DNA from: an uncultured Flavobacteriales bacterium
GTDB lineage: Bacteria; Bacteroidota; Bacteroidia; Flavobacteriales; BACL11
Assembly: GCA_913063045.1 (NCBI GenBank)
Contig: CAJXYM010000007.1
Coordinates: forward strand, 8,993 to 72,992
Direction of reading: 5' to 3'
DNA length: 64,000 nucleotides
In this document: piece by piece, positions 46,110-54,511 of the stretch
How positions within the stretch are numbered: the stretch's first letter is position 1
How the letters are laid out: every line of letters begins with the position of its first letter
Program-made: the position numbers and the translations under genes
The notes under the pieces: generated by a model
What the model saw: only the letters and a program-made list of their open reading frames with translations
Told to the model about the DNA's origin: nothing
Databases searched by the model: none

Positions 46110-46999
46110 ATTTGCCTAATTTATTGATAATTGGAGCAGCTAAATCTGCTACCACATCATTATATAATATTTTAAGTAGTCATAAAGATATATTTGCGCC
46201 TGCTTTTAAAGAGCCTCATTTTTTTAATATCGATGATAATTTTTCAAATGGTATAGATTGGTATAGCCAAACTTATTTTAATAAAAAGAAGAATCAAAAA
46301 TATATTTTAGATGGAACTCCCACTTATTTGTATTCGTTAAAAGCTGCAGAAAGAATTTATAAAAATTTAGGAAGTGATGTGCAATTTATTGTTGTTTTAA
46401 GAAACCCTGTTGATAGGGCTTACTCTCATTATCTTCATACTAAAAGAGATGGTTTTGAAGAGTTAAGTTTTTTGGAGGCCTTAGAGGTTGAACAAAAAAG
46501 ATTGAATCATGCAAGAAAAAGTAATGATGTTTTGTCTGAACTTAGATTTTCTTATGTGTCTCAAGGAATGTACTCTAATATGTTAAGTGCTTATTTGAAG
46601 TTCTTTTCTGTTAATAATTTTTTAATTTTAGATTTTGATACTGATATTAAAGATAACTTTAAAAAATCTTTAGAAAAAATAGCTAATTTTATAAATATTG
46701 ATTTAAAAAATTTAGATGGTAAGAAGCATAGTAATAAAAGTAGTGTAGCAAGGTTTTCCTTTGTTAGAAATATTTTAATTTCACAGAGCTGGATTAGAAA
46801 AGTAATGAAAATAATTTTTTATTCTGCCCAAACAAGACAGATAATTAAAAATAAAATTCGTCATTTAAATGAAAAAGATTTTGCTTTTAAACCGTTATCT
46901 AAAAAGCTAAAAAAGGAACTTTTAGATAAGTATTTTGCAAATCAAGAAATAGATTTAGAAAACTTAATTGATAAAAAAATAAAGTGGCATAATCACTAA
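46106..46999 (+). CDS. PAPS-dependent sulfotransferase, paralogue 2
   Basis: LLIIGAAKSATTSL and LRNPVDRAYSHY. Start set at ATG 46106 (MNLPNLL, ATGA overlap), which parallels paralogue 1. The track start is 46097. Confidence 0.8.
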   Translation: MNLPNLLIIGAAKSATTSLYNILSSHKDIFAPAFKEPHFFNIDDNFSNGIDWYSQTYFNKKKNQKYILDGTPTYLYSLKAAERIYKNLGSDVQFIVVLRNPVDRAYSHYLHTKRDGFEELSFLEALEVEQKRLNHARKSNDVLSELRFSYVSQGMYSNMLSAYLKFFSVNNFLILDFDTDIKDNFKKSLEKIANFINIDLKNLDGKKHSNKSSVARFSFVRNILISQSWIRKVMKIIFYSAQTRQIIKNKIRHLNEKDFAFKPLSKKLKKELLDKYFANQEIDLENLIDKKIKWHNH

Positions 47000-48264
47000 T
47001 GTATAGTTTAAAAGAAAAATATACAGATAATTTACTGGTATTATTATTGATATTTACTGGTGGAGGCTTATTGTTTGTCTTTAATCGTAATCTAATGTAT
47101 TACTTTTTTCTTGGATCACTATCAGTTGTTATATTATTAAACTCTTTTCAGCTAAAAAGAGATCTTGTTAACTCAATAGTTTTTACGTCTCTTTCTATTA
47201 TTTCTCTTTTTCTTATCAACTTTTATTTTGCTATTTCAGAGCAATCATTAGATAAATATTTATATTATTTCACAGTTGTTATATCTTCTATTTTATTTTA
47301 TGTTCATTTTAAAAACAATAGAGATAATAGTGTCTTTCTAGCTCGTTTAAATTTTGTTTTAAAAATTATTTGTGTACATGCATTAATTAATTTTTTTGCT
47401 TATTTCTTTGTTTATGATCAGCTTTTTGAGATTAATTCAGAATATTATACTTGCAAAACATATAACTATCTTTTTTATTATGCTTCAGACGAAATTTCTC
47501 TATCAGTAATGAATCTTTTTGGAGTAGATTTTTGTAGAAACCAAGGCTTGTTTTGGGAGCCTGGAGTTTTACAAGTATATTTAAATCTTTTTTTCTTTCT
47601 TGAAGCTTTTATTTATAAAAGAAATAGATGGCTTTTATTAACTGGATTTGTAATTCTTGGAACATACTCCACAACTGGGATTCTTATTTTAATCGTACAG
47701 CTTTTATTTTTATTATTTCAAAAGTTTAAAGAGAATAAGTTATTTCTTCCTGTTATTTTCCTTTCTTTCATCCCTATTTATTTTATTACTTCAATAAATA
47801 TTGATGAAAAATTTAGAGGAAATCGTGTCTTTTCTTTTCAGAAAAGGTTGTTTGATTTAACACAGCCTATTTTTATTGCTCTTTCTCATCCATTAACTGG
47901 CGTAGGTTTGGACTTAGATCAGTTTCAAAAACTGCGCTATGAATTTTATATCGATGCTGAAAGTTTAGAGCTTATAAATGAAACGCTAGGAGTTTCATTG
48001 AAAGGAGCAGGGACAAGTGCTGGTAGTGCTAATTCTTTAACTTTTTTATTGGCTGCAATGGGGTTTCCGACAGCAATATTGTTTGTTTTTATGTTTTTAA
48101 AACAAAAAATAATTAATGATAAAAGATTTCTTTTTTTTATTATTGTTTTTGCTTCTGTGATGGCGGAGCCTCTTTTTCTTAGGCCATTTTTCTTTATTTT
48201 TATTGTTTCTGGCTTTTATAATTTCTTTTTTAAATTTACATCACATAGATCTAAAATTTCATGA
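46999..48264 (+). CDS. Wzy-like O-antigen/repeat-unit polymerase or ligase-family membrane protein
   Basis: 421 aa, about 10 helices with a larger loop region. Position between sulfotransferase and sugar-modifying genes. No strict motif. Confidence 0.5.
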   Translation: MYSLKEKYTDNLLVLLLIFTGGGLLFVFNRNLMYYFFLGSLSVVILLNSFQLKRDLVNSIVFTSLSIISLFLINFYFAISEQSLDKYLYYFTVVISSILFYVHFKNNRDNSVFLARLNFVLKIICVHALINFFAYFFVYDQLFEINSEYYTCKTYNYLFYYASDEISLSVMNLFGVDFCRNQGLFWEPGVLQVYLNLFFFLEAFIYKRNRWLLLTGFVILGTYSTTGILILIVQLLFLLFQKFKENKLFLPVIFLSFIPIYFITSINIDEKFRGNRVFSFQKRLFDLTQPIFIALSHPLTGVGLDLDQFQKLRYEFYIDAESLELINETLGVSLKGAGTSAGSANSLTFLLAAMGFPTAILFVFMFLKQKIINDKRFLFFIIVFASVMAEPLFLRPFFFIFIVSGFYNFFFKFTSHRSKIS

Positions 48265-49382
48265 AAAATATTTTAATAACTGGAGGAGCTGGATTTATTG
48301 GTTCTGCTTTGTCAAACAAATTAGCTGATGAAGGTTATAAAGTTACCATATTAGATAACTTATCTAAAAAAATTCATTCAGACAATAGTGCATATGAAGC
48401 TTTAAGATCTAAGTGTAATTTTATTATTGGTGATGTTAATAATAGATCTGATTGGGAAAATGCTATCATTTCTCAAGATGCTATTTTTCATTTAGCATCA
48501 GAAACAGGAACAGGAGAATCTATGTATGATATATTTAATTATTCTAACACAAATATTTCTGCTACAGCATTAATGTTAGATGTGCTAGTAAATACTAAAC
48601 ACCAGGTTAGAAAGATTGTCTTGTCATCATCTAGGGCTGTTTATGGTGAAGGTAAATATTTCTGTAATGATCATGGCGCGTTTTACCCATCCAGCAGAGA
48701 CTTAAAACATTTAGAAAAAAATGATTTTGATTTCACATGTCCTCTTTGTAATAATACATTGACTCAAGTTGCTACAGACGAAAGTTCAAATATTAATCCT
48801 TCATCAATATATGCAGTTAGTAAGCACACTCAAGAAAAGATGGTTCAAATTATTGGTGAAAGTTTAGCTATAAACACTGTTATACTGCGCTATCAAAATG
48901 TATTTGGTCCTGGACAATCTTTATCTAATCCTTACACAGGTATTCTCTCTATATTTTCAACCAGGATATTAAACAATAATGATATTGAAATCTATGAAGA
49001 TGGCTTTGAATCTAGAGATTTTATTTATATTGATGATGTAGTAGAAGCTTCTATTTTAGCACTAAATTATCAAAATATTAATGGAGAGGTTTTTAATGTG
49101 GGATCAGGAATTGCAACAACTGTACTGGATGTTGCTCAGCAATTGAAAAATAATTTTAATTCTAAGGTTAATATTACTATTACTAAGAAGTTTAGATTAG
49201 GAGATATAAGACATAATTTTGCAGATATTTCAAAGCTCAAAACTATTTTGAACTATCATCCAACTAATTCTTTTGAATCGGGATTAAGAAAGTTTGTTGA
49301 TTGGGTGAAAAGTCAAGAAATTCAAGAAGATAATTACTTAAAATCTATAGAGAAATTAAAAAACAAAGGATTATTTAGATGA
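48261..49382 (+). CDS. NAD-dependent sugar epimerase/dehydratase (extended SDR) with Cys/His-rich insertion
   Basis: Rossmann loop ITGGAGFIGS and catalytic YAVSKHTQE (YxxxK). Insertion CNDH...CPLC at 48663..48749. Confidence 0.85.
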   Translation: MKNILITGGAGFIGSALSNKLADEGYKVTILDNLSKKIHSDNSAYEALRSKCNFIIGDVNNRSDWENAIISQDAIFHLASETGTGESMYDIFNYSNTNISATALMLDVLVNTKHQVRKIVLSSSRAVYGEGKYFCNDHGAFYPSSRDLKHLEKNDFDFTCPLCNNTLTQVATDESSNINPSSIYAVSKHTQEKMVQIIGESLAINTVILRYQNVFGPGQSLSNPYTGILSIFSTRILNNNDIEIYEDGFESRDFIYIDDVVEASILALNYQNINGEVFNVGSGIATTVLDVAQQLKNNFNSKVNITITKKFRLGDIRHNFADISKLKTILNYHPTNSFESGLRKFVDWVKSQEIQEDNYLKSIEKLKNKGLFR

Positions 49383-50782
49383 AAAAAAAATTCATTTTCC
49401 TCTTTAGTTTTTTTATTACATTAAATTTATTCTCTCAGCAATTAATTAAAAATAATATTTTTGGTTTTGCAACCTCTAATACTTTTACATTTTTTGATGT
49501 TAATTCACAAGACTTTCAACAAAAGGTGCAGAATATTTCTCCTCAAAATTTAAGATTTCCCGGTGGCGCAGTCGGGAACTTTTATCATTATAATAAGCCT
49601 GCTTATGGTTTAGACATTAGAGAAATTGATTCCCTTATTAACGGTAAGTTTCCTAAAAGAGCTAGAGGATTAATTAGCTATTCTAGAAAAAGTAATCATA
49701 AAGAAAATTATATTAAAAATTTTATTTCTTTAGCAAAACAAAATAATGCTGATGTTGTGTTAGTTGCGAATATTTTAACAGCAAATGATGATGATATAAT
49801 AAATATGATTAGAGAAATGCTTGCTAATAATATTAATGTTCTGGGAGTTGAATTAGGTAGTGAGTTGTCAAATAAAAGTTATTTTGATAAAGGTTATGAA
49901 ATTGATGATTATATACTAGCAGCTAAAAAAACATCTAATAATATTAAAAGTTTATTTCCAGAAATCAAAACTGCTATTGTAGCAGCCCCACTGGTAAAGG
50001 ACAAAACACACAGACATACAATATGGAATAAGAGGCTTTCTAAAGAAAATTTTTACGATGCCATCATAGTGCATTCTTATGCTAAAGTTGTTAAAGGAAG
50101 GGATCAGTATGGTCAAATGATCTATGAAGAGAATGAAGGAAGTAAAGATGTTTCATTTGATGTATATAAAAATCGTTTAGATGAGTTTTTTAACAATACA
50201 TATCCACAAGAAATTAATACATATAATTCTGTGTTTTCTAATAAGCCAATTTGGATAACTGAATGGAATTTACAGTATTCTAAAAAAACAGGAAACACTC
50301 TATTTCAAGCTTTATTTGTAGCCAATTATTTTCTTGATATTCTTTCTAAAGAAGTTTTTAAGAAAATTGAAATAACTACTTTTCACAATCTAGCGGGTAG
50401 AGATTTTGGAGGTTCAATATTTCAAAAGAAAGATAATAAAACATTTGTCCAATCTACGTTTTATCCAATTAAAATGTTGAGTTCTATTTTTGGAAGTGAC
50501 TCTCTTATCATTCATTCAATAGAGACAAAAAATAACTTAAAAAAATACACTATCAGCAATAAGAATAATGTTGTGATGTTCGGTTATATTAATTGGTCTG
50601 AGAAGCCTCAAAATATTTTATTAGAAGAAAATCAAGTTTTTTTTAAAGAGGAGTTTTATGGAGATAGATTATATAGTTTAAATAGTAGCATTGGAGAGAT
50701 TCACTATAATTCCAATCAAATAAAATCCAATGGATCAATCACCTTAAAGCCTTATAGTTTTACTTTAATTAGAGAAAAATGA
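49379..50782 (+). CDS. Secreted clan GH-A-like (TIM-barrel) glycoside hydrolase-like protein
   Basis: Signal peptide ending LFSQQ. Motifs LRFPGG, GVELGSE (acid/base-like, Ser in place of the usual Asn) and PIWITEWN (nucleophile-like, compare DEWN/TEYN of GH51/GH39). Confidence 0.45.
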   Translation: MKKKFIFLFSFFITLNLFSQQLIKNNIFGFATSNTFTFFDVNSQDFQQKVQNISPQNLRFPGGAVGNFYHYNKPAYGLDIREIDSLINGKFPKRARGLISYSRKSNHKENYIKNFISLAKQNNADVVLVANILTANDDDIINMIREMLANNINVLGVELGSELSNKSYFDKGYEIDDYILAAKKTSNNIKSLFPEIKTAIVAAPLVKDKTHRHTIWNKRLSKENFYDAIIVHSYAKVVKGRDQYGQMIYEENEGSKDVSFDVYKNRLDEFFNNTYPQEINTYNSVFSNKPIWITEWNLQYSKKTGNTLFQALFVANYFLDILSKEVFKKIEITTFHNLAGRDFGGSIFQKKDNKTFVQSTFYPIKMLSSIFGSDSLIIHSIETKNNLKKYTISNKNNVVMFGYINWSEKPQNILLEENQVFFKEEFYGDRLYSLNSSIGEIHYNSNQIKSNGSITLKPYSFTLIREK

Positions 50783-51783
50783 GTAAAACAGATAAAATTT
50801 TCATTGTAGGTTCTAGTAGAAGTGGGACAACTATGATGTCTCGAGTATTAGCTAATCATTCCTCTGTTTTTAGTTTTAAGGAACTTCATTTTTTTAGTCA
50901 GACTTTTTCAAACAGAAAAAAAAACTCTCTTAATTATAATGAATCAGTTAATGTTTTGTCTAGATTATTTGCTACCCAAGAGCAAGGTATATTTAATGAT
51001 CATGTATCTAAAGATTTATTAGAAAAATCTAAATCCCTTCTTAATGAGAATAATCAGTATAATTATTTCTCTCTTTTTGATTTGTTTTTAAATTCCATAT
51101 TAAAAGATAATAATAAGTCTGTTGCGTGTGAACAAACACCAAATAATAATTATTATTTAGAGGAGATACTGACTAACTATCCAGAAGCTAAAGTTATTAA
51201 TATGATTCGTGATAGTAGAGATGTTCTGCTCTCTCAGAAAAAAAAATGGAAAAGAAAATTTTTAGGGGCTAAAGAAATTCCTATTTTAGAAAGTTTACGT
51301 TCCTATTTATTATACCACCCTATAACTACTACTTTTTTTTGGAAATCATCTCTTTTGGAAACAAGAAAGTATGAAGGAAACAATAACGTATTAGTTGTTA
51401 AGTTTGAAGACTTTTTATTGTCACCAAAGAAAAAGTGCAAAGAAATTTGTGATTTTTTAGACTTAGATTTTAAAGAAAACATGTTGCTGGTTCCTAATAT
51501 TGGCTCTTCAACTCAAGAAGATAGTAATGATAAGTTATTTATAGATTCAGAAAAAATTTCTAAATGGAAAGACGGTGGACTAAATTCAGCTGAGATATTT
51601 TTGTCTCAATTTATTTCTTCAGAAATAATGAGTTTTTATGGGTACCAAAAAAAGAAATTTTTATTCCCCCCTATTTTCGTTTTATTTTATTTGTTATCTT
51701 TTCCAATAAAATTTATTCTTTCATTTTTCTTTAATCTTAAAAGAATTTCTAGCGTGATAGATTTACTTAAAAATAAAACCTGA
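50779..51783 (+). CDS. Sulfotransferase (Sulfotransfer_3-like) with C-terminal membrane helix
   Basis: PAPS loop IFIVGSSRSGTTMM, MIRDSRDVLLS region, C-terminal hydrophobic FPPIFVLFYLLSFPIKFILSFFF. Confidence 0.7.
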   Translation: MSKTDKIFIVGSSRSGTTMMSRVLANHSSVFSFKELHFFSQTFSNRKKNSLNYNESVNVLSRLFATQEQGIFNDHVSKDLLEKSKSLLNENNQYNYFSLFDLFLNSILKDNNKSVACEQTPNNNYYLEEILTNYPEAKVINMIRDSRDVLLSQKKKWKRKFLGAKEIPILESLRSYLLYHPITTTFFWKSSLLETRKYEGNNNVLVVKFEDFLLSPKKKCKEICDFLDLDFKENMLLVPNIGSSTQEDSNDKLFIDSEKISKWKDGGLNSAEIFLSQFISSEIMSFYGYQKKKFLFPPIFVLFYLLSFPIKFILSFFFNLKRISSVIDLLKNKT

Positions 51784-52646
51784 TGTTAGTTGACTTTTTC
51801 ATTGTTGGGGCTCCAAAAGCAGGTACAACTTCACTCTTTTATTACCTTAACAAGAATAAGGGGATATGTATGAGTAGTATTAAGGAACCAAATTTTTTCT
51901 CTAGTCAAGAATTGAAAATTCAAAAGATATATTACGATTCATTAATATTAGACAACCTTAAAGAATATGAAAGAATCTTTACCCCTAAAAACAAACAACA
52001 AATTATAGGAGAAGCAAGTGTTTCTTATCTTTTTTATCCTAACGTCGCTAATAGAATATTTGATTATAACCCTAGATCAAAAATTATTATCATTCTTAGA
52101 GATCCCGTGGAAAGAGCATTTTCTCATTATAGTATGGACCTTAGATTAGGACATGTTAAACAAAGTTTAGATGAGTTATTTGATTTAGGCTTAAATAATA
52201 AGGATAATTTATTCTTTCAACAATATATATTATTAGGTCAGTATTATGAACAGGTCAATAGGTATATAGAAGTGTTTGGTAGAGAGAATATTTGTGTTAA
52301 GTTTTATGATGAATTAAAATTAGATGCCAGTAGTTTTTATAGTGATATATTGAAATTTCTTCAGCAAGAAAATGATCATAATATTGATTTTAATCAGCCT
52401 TTCAATAAATCTAAACTTCCTTCTAACAAATTCATTAAATGGTTATATTCTTGGCCAATAATAAGAAAAATAAGTTTAATATTTTTGCCCTTATCTGTTA
52501 TTGAATTTATTAATATTAAATTTTTTAAAGAAAATAATAATATAATTACCAATGATTTAAAATCTAAATTGCATAGCTTCTTTTTGGAAGATATTGAAAA
52601 ATTAGAAAAACTATTAAGTAAAGATCTTAACTCATGGAAAAAATAG
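51783..52646 (+). CDS. PAPS-dependent sulfotransferase, paralogue 3
   Basis: FFIVGAPKAGTTSL and LRDPVERAFSHY. Same C-terminal architecture as paralogues 1 and 2. Confidence 0.8.
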   Translation: MLVDFFIVGAPKAGTTSLFYYLNKNKGICMSSIKEPNFFSSQELKIQKIYYDSLILDNLKEYERIFTPKNKQQIIGEASVSYLFYPNVANRIFDYNPRSKIIIILRDPVERAFSHYSMDLRLGHVKQSLDELFDLGLNNKDNLFFQQYILLGQYYEQVNRYIEVFGRENICVKFYDELKLDASSFYSDILKFLQQENDHNIDFNQPFNKSKLPSNKFIKWLYSWPIIRKISLIFLPLSVIEFINIKFFKENNNIITNDLKSKLHSFFLEDIEKLEKLLSKDLNSWKK

Positions 52647-53542
52647 GAGTAGTCTCTGTTACTTTTAATTCCAAGTATGTGATAAGACCGTTTTTAGATT
52701 CTGTTTTTTCTCAAATAGGTACTCAGTTTATTTTATATATCATTGATAATAATTCAAATGATAATACTCTTGATATTATAAATCAATTTAATGAGCCTAA
52801 TATTAAAATAATTCAAAATCAGACTAATTTAGGAGTAGCTACTGCCAATAATATTGGAATAAGAAGTGCTATAGAGGATAATTGTTCAAATATTTTATTG
52901 TTGAATAATGATATTGAATTTGATCAGAATCTTTTCAGTGGTTTACTCGAGAATCAGAAAAAGTATAAGTGTAGTCTAGTCGTGCCAAAAATAATGTTTT
53001 ATGAAGATAAGAAAATTATATGGTATGCTGGTGGTTGGTTTAAGCGCTCAAGAGGTTTTCTTCCATTTCATAGAGGTTTGAAACAAATTGATACTGGTCA
53101 ATTTGATACTGCTTTGCAAGTTGAATATGCTTCCACTTGTTGTCTTTTAATTTGTAAAAGTGTTTTTGAGGATACAGGAATGATGGATGAGAAATATTTC
53201 GTGTATTTTGATGATACTGATTTTTTATATAGAATTCTCAAGGGATTAAAACATCAGCTGTGGTATTGTCCTGACTTAAAATTATTTCATAAGGTTGGGA
53301 GCTTATCAAAGTCTTTTAGTAATAAGAAAAATAACTTGGTTCGAGGTGATTTTTTTATTAAACAGAATATTAGAAATCATATCTATTTTTTAAGAAAACA
53401 GAAAAATATTTATTGTTCCTTTTTTATTGTTATTCTATTTTTTAGAAATAATTTAAGGTTTATTTTCAGCCCTTCAATGAAAAAAGATATCTCCACTTTT
53501 TTATTAATAAATAAATCTTTTTTTGAAGGTATTAGGCTATAG
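52634..53542 (+). CDS. Family 2 glycosyltransferase
   Basis: Motifs VVSVTFNS...IIDNNSNDNT, LLLNNDIEF and YFDDTDF (DxD-like). Confidence 0.8.
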   Translation: MEKIGVVSVTFNSKYVIRPFLDSVFSQIGTQFILYIIDNNSNDNTLDIINQFNEPNIKIIQNQTNLGVATANNIGIRSAIEDNCSNILLLNNDIEFDQNLFSGLLENQKKYKCSLVVPKIMFYEDKKIIWYAGGWFKRSRGFLPFHRGLKQIDTGQFDTALQVEYASTCCLLICKSVFEDTGMMDEKYFVYFDDTDFLYRILKGLKHQLWYCPDLKLFHKVGSLSKSFSNKKNNLVRGDFFIKQNIRNHIYFLRKQKNIYCSFFIVILFFRNNLRFIFSPSMKKDISTFLLINKSFFEGIRL

Positions 53543-54511
53543 TTTTTTGCCAATACTGAAAGAGTCTGTAAATATTTCATTAACCATTAATAAGCTGACA
53601 GAGTCATTTGTATGTATAGGGTCCGTAAAGCATGATTTGCAATTTGTAATTGAATTTGGAAAATCATAATCTATTACATTTCCAATATTTTGAATATCAT
53701 TTTTATACCTTTCTTCTGCTTTAGATAATTTGAAATCGATTACTCTATCTCTATAATCCTTGTGATGAGGGACATTTAATAAGGTGAGTTTTATATTGTT
53801 TTCTGCGCAGTACCTATCAACTTCTGTAAGTCTAATTATCAAATTTTCAGGATACTTGTATCTAGAGTATTGGTTTTTTGCAACTGTTTTTATATTAAAT
53901 TCCCACCATATTTTTTTGTCTTTAAAACTTTTGCCTTTTAAGGCTCTTTTTAGCATAATATTTCTCTCAATATTTGGTACAGAAACTGATGTTAAATGAT
54001 GCAGGATTGCTTTGCTAGTAACCTCCAATACACTACCATTAAAAATATATAATAATGGGTTCTCTATTATTTTATCAACCTCATCTACTCTGTTCGCATA
54101 AGCATATTTATTATAAAGGTTAAAGTTAATCCCCAGTATTACATTTTCTAATTTTGAATATTTAGTTGATAACCAGAATAAATCAATAATTTCGTTAAGT
54201 TTAGCTGCATTCGAGTGAAGTATAAAGTACTTATCTCCACTAATTTTTTCTATCTCTGATATAGGCAGTCTTTTGATTCTTGAGTCGCCGATAATGATAT
54301 TTGGTGTAGGATTATTTTTAAAATAAATTGTATTGTATAGCAATGAATTTAATTTTCTTGCTGTTTGTTGTTTTGTTTTTTCCTCTACCAAGCTAAAATT
54401 AGAAAAGTAGTTAAATGGATCAATCATTTTTAATATCATTACCCACAATATAATTGGAATAAGCAATATGCTTATTTTAAATAATAACTTTTTTATGTCT
54501 TTTGCAATCAT
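53537..54511 (-). CDS. Membrane-anchored SGNH/DltD/AlgX-like partner of the MBOAT acyltransferase
   Basis: N-terminal TM helix, block-I-like IIIGDSRI, C-terminal DPIHTN (DxxH). 1-nt overlap with the MBOAT stop. Confidence 0.5.
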   Translation of the reverse strand: MIAKDIKKLLFKISILLIPIILWVMILKMIDPFNYFSNFSLVEEKTKQQTARKLNSLLYNTIYFKNNPTPNIIIGDSRIKRLPISEIEKISGDKYFILHSNAAKLNEIIDLFWLSTKYSKLENVILGINFNLYNKYAYANRVDEVDKIIENPLLYIFNGSVLEVTSKAILHHLTSVSVPNIERNIMLKRALKGKSFKDKKIWWEFNIKTVAKNQYSRYKYPENLIIRLTEVDRYCAENNIKLTLLNVPHHKDYRDRVIDFKLSKAEERYKNDIQNIGNVIDYDFPNSITNCKSCFTDPIHTNDSVSLLMVNEIFTDSFSIGKKL

